A stretch of 64,000 bases of DNA. Origin: Sphyrna mokarran. Taxonomy: Eukaryota. A program made the translations under genes and the position numbers. Under the pieces are notes generated by a model that saw only the letters and a program-made list of their open reading frames with translations, was not told where the DNA came from and did not search any database. This document shows positions 25,892 to 38,370 of this stretch, piece after piece; the first letter of the stretch is position 1; each line of letters opens with the position of its first letter. The stretch is taken from the NCBI GenBank assembly GCA_024679065.1, contig JAGIQG010000014.1, forward strand, positions 7,502,001 through 7,566,000, given 5' to 3'.

Positions 25892-25930
<39 letters not shown>
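25892..25930. repeat. (TG)n microsatellite
   Basis: About 19 perfect TG units; only gtgtg at the paralogous site near 6223. Confidence 0.97.
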
Positions 25931-25931
<1 letters not shown>

Positions 25932-27539
25932 GGGGGTGGGGATAGTGGAGAGGCCTTCAGCCTCAGGGATGCAGGTCTGGTCGTTGTTGACCAGCAGAAT
26001 GCAGGTGCCCGTTCCGGTGGCTTTTCCCTAGGCTCTGGGAGTACTCCTAGTGTATGCCCAGGCTTCTTGGGTGTTTTTCTGTCTCTGGAAGCCGCTCTGG
26101 AGGAATCCCCGGCCCTGAGGATGCAACGCCCGCTGCTGCTCACTTGTGGGCAGCTGCTCCGCGTCACTTCCAGACGGGAGTCTCCAGGGCACTAAGAATC
26201 GTCAATCATAATAAAATGCATTCGAGCATTATTAGAGACTTTTAAAAAATTAGAATCAAGTTTGTGAAGCACAGAAGAAGAGTAGAAGGAAGACTAGAAA
26301 GATTATCTTGGAAGACAGATAGAGTATGGGACGCTCTATTTTAAAAGAGGTTGTCTGCTAATCCTCGCACTCGCCCTCGATGCAGTATCCGTCATGGTCA
26401 TTGATGAATAAAAGTGGCTACTATTCGCTACTTATTCTGGAAAGGTGAACGAAGAAGGATATCAAAACAGAAAAAAAGAAAAATAAGCAAGATTTAGGGT
26501 AGTTCTGTTTGCAGTTGACATTGTGGCATTGTAATCCCGAGATAGCAATCCAGACACCGCTCGTATGGTGTGGATTCTTGGGGAGAACACCTTCATATTG
26601 TGGAATTTGAAAACGATATTTTTTTCAAAAAATGTGTGATGACCATGAATGGATTGTCGTAAATACTTTCCAGTTCACGTATCCCATTAGAGAAGTGAAC
26701 ATGATATCCTCATCTGTTGTGAAGTTCTTTCCAACCCATCGCAATCTAGTAGATTGTTATTTTTTTTTGTCTCCGGGACGATACGAGAGGAACAGTAAAT
26801 TATATCGAGGCCAGCCCCGATCCCAGTAATGGATAAAGCGTGTTGCCCTTAGTCTTTTTAATGAACCTTCGTGTGTATATAACACGAGACTCTAACTGTT
26901 GGGTTTGTTGTATGTGCTCATCTCTTCCTGATATTAATGATTTTTTTTATTATTTTTGCAGCGATGTTGCCTACATGACAGCATATTTTTGAGCAGAAGT
27001 TTAGGGCATCATCATACAAATTACATATTGGTTGCTTCATGTCTCCATCAGTAATTATATACGCACAACGTTTGTGGAATTCATCCAGTAGGCAACATTA
27101 AACTGAATGCATTCATTAACTTTCTGGCAAGCAATTCCAAATGGATGGATCCAAGTTGTTTGACTGGTATCTGTCCTGCATTTCCCCTTTCATTGCTGCA
27201 GCTGCCAAAGTATATAATAAATTACCTGCTGCTCAGTAATGTAAAGATACAGCAATCTCCTGGAGGAAGCCATGAATCAACTGGTTAAACTGCACATTTT
27301 CACATTCTCTAGATTCTGAATAGAAATCAGAGCCATGCATGTTGACGAATTCTGAACTGGTGATTTCATCTGAGACAAATTGGAACATAATAGATAAGCA
27401 CACAGTACTTGGATGAACATGGCGTTTGGAGGGGGATGACAATGAATGGAAAGATCAAAGGGATTTTAAACTCTGTCATTTAGCATTAAACTAGGGGGTC
27501 GCATGAAACATTCGGTGGCACTTGCCGTGTACATTAACA

Positions 27540-28445
27540 TTTATGGTGTGAGGCTGCCTATGGTCAAATGCGACTGATGTAGAGTAAGGCACCAAATCTT
27601 TGTTACAAAACAACTATGGTGTAAGTTAGCACCACCACGATAGAGCAGTATCTGTTGTAACGCAATTCCTGAATTTAAGAGGAAACGATAGAGTACGGTA
27701 AAACGTACGGTGTGATGCTTTACCTGTGGTGTGAGGCATAACAGTGTACGAAACACTTGTTACTTAAGGCGGATCCAACATTGTCAGAAGATTACTGTGG
27801 TTTAAGGCAGAACATGTTGTGTAAGATAGTAATTGTGGTGTAAGGCAGCACCTCTAATGTAAGACACTACCTATATTGCAAAACGGTACCTGTGTCATTC
27901 GTCATTTTTTGTTGTGTAAGGCACTATGCGCGGTGCAAGGCAGCATTTTTGTCGTGAGACAGTACCAGCTTTGTAAACGTGTGGTATAATGTAGAACCTG
28001 CAATGAAAGACGCTTTCCGCAGTGAGGGCAATTCTTGTGGAGAAGTGCAATATCTTGGGTGAAAACATTTTCCGCGGTCTAAGGTCCTTTGTTGTAACAC
28101 AACAACTACGGTGTAAGGCAGTCCTTGCGGTTTAAAGTGGTACCTGTGTTATAACCCAGCTCAGAAGTTTCAAGGTATTGTGTGAAATCAGCCAGCACCA
28201 GTGAAGGCAGTGTCCACGTTGGAAGGCACCAGCTCCGCTGTAAACCAATAGTTGTAGTGTAAGGACATGTGGATAGTGCAACACAATACCTCTGGAGCAA
28301 TCAGTACCTGCGGTGTAAAGAAGCTCCAGTGGTGTAAGATGGAACTTATGATGTAAGGAAGTAGCTTCGATGTAAGAGAGCACTTATTGTGTAACAGCAA
28401 CTGCAGTGCAAGGTATTACTTGCGTTTTCCTGAAGCACCTGTGTT
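27540..28445 (+). repeat. Degenerate 19-bp tandem satellite in unit B (further short block 29310-29510)
   Basis: gtggtgtaaggcagcacct, cggtgtaaggcagtcctt and similar variants. Confidence 0.8.
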
Positions 28446-29511
28446 AGAATGCATGCCAGAAATTTCAATGTGTTTAATGAAGTCGGCCTGAAACGTGCGT
28501 TTTGTACATTGAATTTGGCGCAGGTAAGCTTAAAATATTTGACTCCAGGTATGACTTAAATGAACTGCTGCTGAGCTTGTCCCATAAAGTAAATTTCAGA
28601 ATATAGTTAACACATAGAAAGAAAAGTAGCAAAATGAATTTTAGCAATTACAAACCAGAAACAACCAATGTATTATATAAACCTTAACAGCTCAGCACAT
28701 CATGCGTACTAGCATACGCCACTAGTTTCGATTTAGCACAAAAATTATGTATGCCCAATGAGTTTTCAGCTCTGTAAGGCCTGTCGTTGTTCGTTCTTTA
28801 GATGGAGAAAAGAAACACTTGCTTCTCCATTCTGGAACTCCCAACACCTCGAAGTGGAGATAGTGCCGCTGCTTTCCTTCAGCTTGCAAACTATCAACAG
28901 CAAAGCGTTCACTCCAGAAAAGTAAGAAATATTATTTCAAACTAGCCAGCAGAATTTTAAATAGAACAGAGGGGCAAAATAGTGCACCCAGCCTCGAGTC
29001 TAAGCAACTTCGAAATAAAAACAACCAAAACTAAAAGTGAAAGAATCTTGCGAAGGAAAATAAAAGACATCTCTTTCCCTTTGACCGATAACCGTTGTCC
29101 CGCAGCAATTCCAAATTTCCAATAACTCCAAAAGAGTGTTTTAGGTCCAGATTGAAAATAAACACAACACAAATTAATCATTTAAGGACCAATTAAATTA
29201 CATTAATCAGACGGCTCGGTGCCTGTTTATTATTGCAGAAAACACGATTAAACATACATATCTTAAACATAGTAGCCTCACCGCTGCAGTGTCATTCGTT
29301 ACTTGAGGTCAAAAGCAGTACCTGTTGCAAAGTGGTATCTGTAGTGTAACATGGATTTATTTTTTGGTTAAAGGTACCGCCTGTAAGACAGTAACCGCGA
29401 TGTAAAGGATTATCTGAGTCTAAGGCAGAAGTTTTGGGGCTATGCAGTGCTTGGAGTGTAGGGCGACAACTGTGCTGTAAGGGCAGTAACTATGATGTCA
29501 GGAAGTAGGCA

Positions 29512-29650
29512 AGATGTGGAGATGCCGGCGTTGGACTGGTTTAAACACAGTAAGAAGTCTCACAATACCAAGTTAAAGTCCAATATGTTTTTTTTTAGTA
29601 GTAAAGGACTCTAGCATTTGAGGCTCTGCCTCTTTGTCAGTTGAGTTCAC
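29512..29650. mobile_element. Penelope-type pseudo-LTR fragment
   Basis: atgtggagatgccggcgttggactgg...agtaagaagtctcacaataccaagttaaagtccaa; same family as 57060-57190 and 59605-59780. Confidence 0.65.
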
Positions 29651-29774
29651 CAATGATTCTGCAGTAGCGTCAGAAGATAGAACAAAGAGTGGAATAATGC
29701 TTCTGATGTCGTTTATTTAAAGACACCGTTATATTGTTTGTGTCAGGGAGGCCAGCATTCAAACGTGTACTTCA

Positions 29775-30706
29775 CTATTGCCTGAATATGGAGACTAGAT
29801 TTAATTTTACATAGTTTTGCAACATCAGAATTATTCTCCAAGGAGATATCACGACCTTCTGCAGCTCTTCCCTGAATTTAGCTTGTGTAACTGCATAAAT
29901 ACATGTGTTTGTGCATGAACTTAAATGCACGAGCATTGTTCCGGTTTCAATGGCGATATATTCATTAGATGTATAATCCGGCCGGATCTGAGCGACCATC
30001 CCACTGACTAAATAACTAACGACTCTTGTCAGCCACAACAATAGAAAGCTACTAGAAATAGTGAACAATAAAATAATAGACTTCCTTCGGTTCTGTATCT
30101 CTGGATCATTCCGATTCTCACTGCTTTGAGCCCGGAGGCCCGCACGGGTTTTGCTGGACAACAAAATCCGTCTGATTGTCAAAAAATTAAATAGCACTAT
30201 CAAAGTGAATGGAATCCATGTCAGTAAGATACTCTGTAACCAGCTGAATGCCATACCAGTGTGAGAGGAATAAAAATCTTGGTTGGGGATGACACCCCAT
30301 TGAACACCGTTTATTGTGCTTTTATGTTCATATGCAAACCAAGTGTAAGAGTTGTGTAAATAGATAAGGACTGTAACTGTTATTAAAACTGCAGCCGCTG
30401 TTCTCGCTGTGCAATACGTTGTTTTAAACTTCTGACTGCATATAGCAATATATCGGTCAAACGTGAATGAAACTGTAAACCATACTGACATACACAGGTT
30501 ATTACAAAGCATATATATCATTAATTTGCAAACAACAGTGTAGGAGAGGAATGAATTAGGAAAACGTTTTCTCAGAACGTTATACAAAATTACATTGACG
30601 AGCATTACTAACAAATCTGCTGCTGCCATGGCCACCATGTAGATAGAGACACATCTGGAAAGACCGCAATTTTCTTTGGCGAGGATCACGATGGTCACGA
30701 GATTCA
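29775..30706 (-). CDS. GPR139/GPR142-like class A GPCR, copy 2, coding exon 2 (gene 33160->29775, 333 aa spliced)
   Basis: 7TM ORF, about 81% amino-acid identical to copy 1 by manual alignment; DRY motif; acceptor tctcgttctgacAG ends at 30707; 70+932=1002 nt. Confidence 0.93.
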
Positions 30707-31309
30707 CTGTCAGAACGAGAGAGAAGAGACAAGTAATGGAAATAGTCTGGTAACACTCAAAGTATACGTTAGTGAAATGTTTGGGTACACTTTTGCTCAG
30801 TTATTGGCACGGAGACATTCTATTGAACAAGCGAACAGAGGTGATATATTTATTGAAATAGACACCATAAACTCAATATTTAGGCACTCAATGCTTTCCC
30901 CATTGCAAACATTTAAGTGTAATGTTTCCACATGTCGAGGGAAGGGTCGCCCGATTCCGTCTATAGAATGTTAATGCAAAGTTCCCCTCAGCACCATCGA
31001 CAACAACAAAAAAAACGAGTCTCAAATGAGATCAATTATGATTTCGGAGGATTGAATAAACCTAGTGATCTGTGATCAACCTCCTTGCATCCGTATCGAT
31101 TTAATTACAGTAAGCATCACCCTGACATTGGGTCTGAGACTGCATTCACCCTAAGTCGAAATCACACTCATTCTGCATGCCCCGAGGGAAATCCTCAGAA
31201 AGGAAATTTCGGCTTCCTCAATAAATTGTAGTTTTTTTTTCATTTCCTCAGTTAGTGTCCCAGGCTCAAACATCTTCAGCTGCTTCATCGTGACCTTTCT
31301 TCCACTACA

Positions 31310-32315
31310 AGGTCAGAAGTGGGAATGATCATTCATGATTCCACAATATATAATATCACATGTGAATCCTCAGATACCAAGACAGCCCGTGTCCAATTAC
31401 AACAAGTTCTGGACAACATCCAGGTTCGGACTGACAACTGACAAATAATGGCTGCGTCACACAAGTTTCAGGGAATGACCCCCTACAACAATAATAATCT
31501 AAACTTTTCCCCCTCGACATTCGAAACCATCACTGAGTCTGCAACTATAAGCTTCAACCATTAGCACAATCTGAACTGAATGAGTGATATGAAAATAAAG
31601 TTTAACAACACTCAGCAGGGCTGGCAGCTTCCGTTGGGGGAGAAAACAGAAATTTTTCTTTCTAGCTTTCCCTGCGTTTGCTCCTGATTCCAGCATCCAC
31701 TGTATTTTGCTTATTTTAGCAAGTAAATATCGTCCACAAGATCAGATCAGCGTTTAGAAATCTTGAGGTGATTAATTGACTTCTTGTCTCCCAAAATCCG
31801 GTGTACTACTTATATGTTGATGGAGTGATGGAATACTCTCCATTTTCTTGCACGAGGCAGCTCCAAAGACACTCAAGATGCTCTAGACAATGCAGGACGA
31901 AACAAACGGTTGGAATGCTAACGCGTCCACAAAATGTTAATTACCTCTACCGCAGATGCCCTGTAGCAGCCTTGAGCAGCATTTGCAGGAAATCACCAGG
32001 CACCTTACACAGCATTATACAAAACCCTCGACTAACACCATCCAGAAAGTCACGGGTAGCAGATATATGGGGACGCTGCCATCTTAATGTTCTCTCAGTC
32101 GTCAACCAAACTGAGTGGAAATTTATAGCCGTTCCTTCACTGCAGTTGTGCCAAAATCTTGGAACTCTCTTTCCCTCTACCAGCAGTGTGGGTGCACTTA
32201 TAACTTGGACCGTAGTGAATCAGGAAGACAGCTCACCACCCTCATCCTGAGGGCAACGAGGAATGAACAATAAGTACATCGGCGCAGACATCTCACAAAT
32301 GAGTAAAATAAATGC
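31310..32315 (+). mobile_element. Duplicate CR1/L2-group LINE fragment in the intron of GPCR copy 2
   Basis: Colinear with 16020-17012. Confidence 0.7.
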
Positions 32316-33090
32316 AACCAAGCAAATGTTTCATTTCTATATAGTAATTCCCTGTGCTGCCGTTTTGACAATTAAAACCATCTGCCACGAGGCTTGTGTC
32401 ATTTGATGCATCGGCCAATTGTGTAAGTGAGCGCGGTGGCACGGTGGGACAATCGATTGAATTTAGTGTATTAAGTTTACTTGAAGAGGGGGTATCTCAA
32501 GAACGGCATCCCATATCAGGGATACCCAATAGTATTTCAAATAAATCAGAGAGATGACAACAATAGCTATAGAAATAAATACAAGACTGTGGGATTCTAT
32601 TGTTTATCATCAGCGTAAGGGAACTGTCGGGTACAGAAAGAGAAATAGCGGGACGGGAAAACTAAATTGCATCCGTGAGGGGAAGAGCAACCTCCTGAAT
32701 AGTTATTTTTTCCCCCATGAAATATATTCGAATGATTTTTATACTTTCCGGAGATGCTGCATTTCAAGCTGTTGTCATCTTAAAGGGGTAAATATACAGA
32801 TTGTCATTGCAAATGAATCGCATACAGACCTATGAACTGTTGGAAGGGCGGAGAATCAGCCTCGATCTCCGTAAATGTGGGAAGGGAATTTAAACTCCAA
32901 GTGCCACAATATTCTGAGCTGAACCGCGGCTCACAGGCCATGCGAACATTTGAGACTCTCACTGCTATTCAACAATTTATCTCGGCAGAAAGAAAAAACA
33001 ATGCAATAATGACCTTTTCGCATTCGGTTGCTGAATCAGTGAGCAGTGAGATATTCCGCAACTATGAAGCAAAATGGTACATTCACTTAC

Positions 33091-33160
33091 CGGGAGCACC
33101 AAAAGCTGCCAGCACTGGATAGAAAATTCCCTTGATCTGTAGAATTAATGGGAGGGCCAT
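33091..33160 (-). CDS. GPR139-like GPCR copy 2, coding exon 1 (MALPLILQIKGIFYPVLAAFGAP)
   Basis: ATG at 33160, donor GTAAGT at 33090, 70 nt, homologous to 17771-17840. Confidence 0.9.
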
Positions 33161-33228
33161 TGTGATTTCGAAAAGAATGCAAACGTTTCACTAGATGCAC
33201 TGTTTTATGTAAGATTCGTAAGTTCTCC

Positions 33229-33364
33229 CTTTTATACGGTAATATGTTCCCTGGGGAGAAAGTTGCGTCAGTTTCACCAACTTAACTTAAAAGGTCCCTT
33301 CCCTCTGGAGGGAATGCTGGTTGGCCAATCGACACACTGTCTGTCCATGAAGCTCCGTCAATTA
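33229..33364 (-). promoter_or_regulatory. Putative proximal promoter of GPCR copy 2 (TATA, EBF-type site, TGACGCAA, CCAAT, TAATTG)
   Basis: Minus-strand TATAAAAG 33229-33236, TCCCCAGGGA 33248-33257, TGACGCAA 33263-33270 and TAATTG 33359-33364; plus-strand CCAAT near 33325; 70-200 bp upstream of the ATG. Confidence 0.55.
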
Positions 33365-35043
33365 ACATAAGTGATCAGAAAAGAGTCCCGAGCACGTGCG
33401 TTCTACGCTGTTTCCCAGAGGATAGAATTGAACATCCACATTGACACAATGTTTGATTCTGCCAACTTCATCATGCACTTATTTAAAAGCACGCATTTAA
33501 TGCACAGCTTAAATTAATTTCGCTCCTGTTTCCCTAACTTTTCAGTTGATGTGCACTGTGATACTTAATGATGAATCGACGTTTTTATTTGTGACAATTA
33601 TCTTACTTTCGTGTGTCTTTACTACAGTCTGAATTATAGGAACTAAACTACAAATTTACCACTAGTGTTAATTTTCCATTAACAATGCTAGCCTAACTTA
33701 AATATGCATGACCTACTGAATCATTACCTGAGATGATGCTATCTCACAGTGCCCCGTGACAATCCGTGAAATATAGATTAAGTTTGATATCATTCTTTGT
33801 CATCCGTCTGACCCACCAGTAAAAAATTGAGACCCAGCGCTTGACATAGCTTGATGGACAAGTTGCATCGCTCTGAACGAGTGACAGCAAGCTACTGCTG
33901 GTGATTGATCTCAGCGCAGCCGAGCTGCAAAGAACATTATAAAATGCTTTGCATGATTTTATTGACCTCAGCTGAAACTTTACCTATTTGAGATTTCAAT
34001 CCATCAACAAGCCATGAAAATATTTCCTTGCCGTGTGGACACGATATTTCATCCAATGAAACTTTTTGCATGAGTCTTCCCTGACTACTTGGCCAGTATC
34101 TAATTTGACCAAATGTTTATCATCCCTGGACGAGCAATGCCTCCATTTTAACTCCTGATTCTTAAATTCAAATCCCTCGTGGCTACGCTGTTTCCCATCT
34201 CAATCATGAATTCCATCCAAAGATTTGCTAAGCTTTACTATTCTCATATTCTTGCAGTTTGGACATTGCTCGAATTTGATGTCTGGGATTTCAACTGAAT
34301 TGGTCTAATCGTCTAAATCACCAGTTTCATTTCCCCCTAAAGAATCTAAAGCAATCCTTCATATTTGAACAAGATTTTGTCGCGAGAGCTGATGTCTCCT
34401 TCCATAGTCAGAGTCAGTGTTTTTGCCATGTATTGACAACTCTCTTAACAAGGAAGTTGGAAATTTGGTTACTTTAGGGATCTGGAGTATGCCCTTCAAA
34501 GTCTGCTCGGCCATTTAATAAGTTTCGGGCTGATCTGCTTGTAACTACCATTCCATATTTCTTCCAACTCCTGATACATTTCACTCCCTTGATAATCAAG
34601 AAAATGTCTCTCTCTGCTTTAAGATTATTCAGAGAGTCTCTTTGGATTTGGGGAAAGAAACTATGAGTGACACACGACCAAATGGGAGGGAGGAACAAAA
34701 TCTCATCACGGCCTTCAACACTTACTTTACACTTGCTTTAAGTGAACACTTACTTTAAGCTTGCATTCCTCGTTCCAGATTTGCTTACAAGAAGCAAATT
34801 CCTCCCCACCTTCACTCGATAATGCCCCTCAGAGTGTGGAAGCTTTTGATCAAGTCATCCATTACTCGACTGAATTCTTGTGAGTTCAAAGTTAACTTTC
34901 CAATCTTCTATCATGGAACAAGCCAATTATTCCTTGAACTCGTGCATTCGACGACCATTCCTTTACCACTGAAAAAGATCATTTTTATTTGTCTCCAGGC
35001 GTTATGCTAACCGTATGTGAAAGTCTCTAATGAACTTGATCTT

Positions 35044-35149
35044 ACAAAGAGAACAACGAGAACAAAGAGCAACACAGCACGGGAAACAGGCCCTTCGGCC
35101 CAACGAGCCCACACCGCCGTCCTAACGTCCTCATGACATATCCTTGTCT
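35044..35149 (-). mobile_element. SINE 3' end running into the assembly gap
   Basis: acaaagagcaacacagcacgggaaacaggcccttcggcccaacgagccc. Confidence 0.75.
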
Positions 35150-35249
35150 NNNNNNNNNNNNNNNNNNNNNNNNNNNNNNNNNNNNNNNNNNNNNNNNNNN
35201 NNNNNNNNNNNNNNNNNNNNNNNNNNNNNNNNNNNNNNNNNNNNNNNNN
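35150..35249. other. Assembly gap (100 N)
   Basis: Run of N. Confidence 1.
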
Positions 35250-36840
35250 TTGCATGCACGGAGAAAGACATGATTAAGGCTGAAGTTTCAGAATGGATGC
35301 AACTAGTCTGAAGGCATTGTATAAGACATTTGTCGGCATACTTCGAGAAAAATCATATAAGCTACGATAAAGGGAATGGCCTTCATGAGTGGGAAGGGTC
35401 TGCGGAAGTGATAAGGACAGTTTGCAAGGTAGGTACTCTGCCACACTTCCACCATGCGGGACTTATAATGTCCTGGAATTAAATGACATATTAAAGCACA
35501 CTTCAGTCTGTGAGGGAGAGATCTTGAAGACAAGTAAAACAAAATGTTTCTTTTTATTTTTTTTTCGGCACTAGGTGAACCTGAAGACACGACGTTAGTT
35601 CTTTTCAATGACCGTTTTCTTGCCAATCTATCTGGTGCGCATTCATGCGGTGTCGGATTCACAACCTTCTTGCTAGTTAAGGGACGACAATTTCGCCCTC
35701 GGTCTGGTAACCAAAGTAAATAAGAATGGGTTCTCAAAAGTACATTGGTGCCTGAAACCCAACGTTAGTGGAGCGCTGGGTGTGGGGATATATTTGCTTG
35801 ACATATTAACAGATGTTTTGTTTTTTTTTCAACGTCGGGATAGAATGGAATAATTGAATGTTTTGTGGACAATCAGTCTTTATGGGGCAATACTCACTCG
35901 AATGGCTCAGACTGCTTAATTTCCGTGAAACAACAAAGAGCTACCAAATGGCACACAATTCGCCTGCTCCATTCGTGTTACTTCTGTTTGTGAAAATGTC
36001 GATTTTATCCAAATGGCAAAAGTTTTAGTAATTGTTTAAAATTCAGACTCTGCTTTTTGTGTAATGCATTTCCAGTCCAATCTCTTGTTTGATAATTTAA
36101 CTGTGGATCAGCAGCTAAAAATAAAGTAAAAGCAGATTCAATCCGATTCTTCCACTGGGGGAAACAGATCCTCCGTGTTAAATGCAACAAATCTGATTAA
36201 TGTCAAAAATTGAAAATGCATTTTTTTGGCCCGGAATTGAAGCTGCACGAGAGCAATAAAGAAGTCGGAGCCCAATGACTAAAATACGTGAAGAAGTGAG
36301 GCCCTTTAAACGAAAAATTGATGGCGTTAAGAGAGAGATTTCCTTTGCGAATTTCTTTAATCCTGTCAGTACGCATACTTAAATCATCCGTGATTACTGC
36401 TGTACTTTTCTTAGGAACAATCCTTTTTTTTTCATGTTTTTTATACTGTACCCTGCTTTGGAATTAAAAGTCAAGGCGCTCAAATTACTCCTACCAGGAT
36501 GTTCTTTCCTTTTTTTCATTTCCACCCTGATCAAAACGACATTTTTGTCCTTAATGCCAATGTAATTTCTTCATATTGCTGTGATGTTATAGTCAACATG
36601 TAAAGCAACCACAGCTCCTGTTCTACCATGGTTATTCTTTTGAATACTGAATATCTTTAGACATTAAACTCCCAGTCCTTGCCCTCTTGTTACCATTGAA
36701 CTGATATGAGATCAAGGCATGGGAGTCATGATGTATGGAGAATAATATATCAGTTTTGTTTGATGTAGTCTCCAATTATGAATAAGCATTGCATATAATG
36801 ACGGTTGCATTTTAAATTTAAAAAAAAAGTGTTTATTCAA

Positions 36841-36985
36841 TTTAGCGTCAGCGTCTCGTGTTTTCAATCCACAGGGAATTAATCCCGTTGTCATAATTGG
36901 TTTGTTCTCATATAAGGAATACAAGTTTTTGAACACTTCTGCAACATCTGCATCTCCGTGGAGATCGAGGGAACACATAAAGCTT
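36841..36985 (+). promoter_or_regulatory. Putative proximal promoter of GPCR copy 3
   Basis: TCCACAGGGA 36868-36877 directly followed by ATTAAT; TAATTG 36894-36899; TATA-like TATAAG near 36911 and CATAAAG near 36976. Confidence 0.35.
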
Positions 36986-37068
36986 AATGCACAGCGATGT
37001 GTCACATCAGATTTTAATTCCGAGGAATAATTTGCTGAACAAAGGAAGAGGGCCATTCCACACAGAAA

Positions 37069-37135
37069 ATGCATATACCAATTCAATTGGCCAGGGAAAT
37101 ATTCTATCTAGTTCTTGCCTTAATTGGTGTTCCTG
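37069..37135 (+). CDS. GPR139-like GPCR copy 3, coding exon 1 (MHIPIQLAREIFYLVLALIGVP)
   Basis: ATG at 37069; encodes the first half of TM1 (FYLVLALIGVP); donor GTAAGT at 37136; 67 nt, phase 1. Confidence 0.88.
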
Positions 37136-37370
37136 GTAAGTAGCTAAAATAAGTTGTATAGTATAAGTTTGTTTCTGCATAAGCTTGTTTCTGCGATAAA
37201 CCTGTATCTTGTAATGTTGCATTGCATTGCATTGATATAATCATTTGGATTCTAATGAAAGGAAGAATTTCGAGCAAATACTTTTCCTGAATTATTCTTG
37301 TCGTCATATTGTGTTGCAAGAACTATTTCTAGCTCACCCATGACACTAAGTTGGTGGATTCAGTGCAATA

Positions 37371-37935
37371 TTGATAAAGAAAGCGTATGGTATGTTAGCC
37401 TTCATAGGAAGTGGTATAGAATACAAGAGTAGGAGTTTGATGTTGCAAGTGCAACATCAAACGTTGCTTAGGCCTCACTTGGAGTACTGCGTCCAGATCT
37501 GGTCGCCGTACTACCGGAAGGATGTGGAGTCCCTGGAGAGAGTGCAGAGGAGATTTACCAGGATGCTGCCTGTTATGGAAGGGCTGTCTTACGAGGAAAG
37601 GTTGAACGTACTGGGGTTGTTTTCCCTTGAAAGACGTCGGCTGAGAGGGGATCTATTAGAGGTATATAAGATTATGAGGGGTATAGTTAGAGTAAATGGT
37701 GGTAAGCTTTTTCCACCATTAGATTCGGATAGAACGAGGGGTCACGGCCTTAGGGTGAGGGGGGCTATGTATAAGACTAATATGAGAGGGCATTTTTTCA
37801 CACAAAGCGTAGTGGGGATGTGGAATGCACTACCGAGTAACGTGGTGGGAGGAGGCACGCTAGGGTTGTTTAAGGGTCTCTTGGACAGCCACATGAGTGG
37901 TCTGCAGATAGAGGGATATATGAGGACTGTTTAAA
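37371..37935 (+). mobile_element. CR1 LINE ORF2 C-terminal fragment (intron of GPCR copy 3)
   Basis: Open 187 aa: KKAYGMLAFI...RPHLEYCVQIWSPYYRKDVESLERVQRRFTRML...RTRGH...FFTQSVVGMWNALP. Confidence 0.93.
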
Positions 37936-38084
37936 TACTTTAATTGTTTCCACAGGCTATTCGGTCCACCTTGTTGACCAACAAGGTGCATGCATTCGGC
38001 AGGTCGTGCGAGGGCGGCTCCTGGAGGTTACTTCAGGAGTGGCCTCGTGCTTCACGTCGTTAGTGTATGCTTAAACTGGACCAT

Positions 38085-38370
38085 CAGATGGGCAACATGA
38101 CAGCTCAGAGATATCGCTGTTGCTTTGCAGACACATGGATTTGGGCCTGTGTCTGAGGGAGTTTGCGCGTTCTCCCCGCGGTTGCGTGGGTTTTCTCCGG
38201 GTGCTCCGGTTTCCTCCCACATCCCAAAAATGTGCTCTTAGGCTGATTGGGTAACAAATTGTCCCTATATTGGTCTCTATATGTCATTAAGACATTGGGA
38301 TGGCGGCGCTGGCTCGTTGGGCCGAAGGGCCTGTTTCCCGTGCTGTGTTGTTCTTTGTTTGTTCTATTGT
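38085..38370 (+). mobile_element. HE1-type SINE
   Basis: gagtttgcgcgttctccccgcggttgcgtgggttttctccgggtgctccggtttcctcccaca core and a CR1-like tail gggccgaagggcctgtttcccgtgctg. Confidence 0.85.

Larger units (their letters stand above)
20466..35040 (+). repeat. Tandem segmental duplication unit B (contains GPCR copy 2)
   Basis: Colinear with unit A, but lacks A 4387-5773 and ~9490-14370 and has an extra solo LTR at 23153-23794. Confidence 0.92.

Noticed and set aside
25712-26195. ORFs with THTHTH/CVCVCV runs (also 62547-62808)
   Set aside because: Translations of (TG)n microsatellites.
37371-37934. 187-aa open ORF as a host gene or domesticated exon
   Set aside because: It is the standard CR1 ORF2 C-terminus, 5'-truncated; being open is explained by young age.
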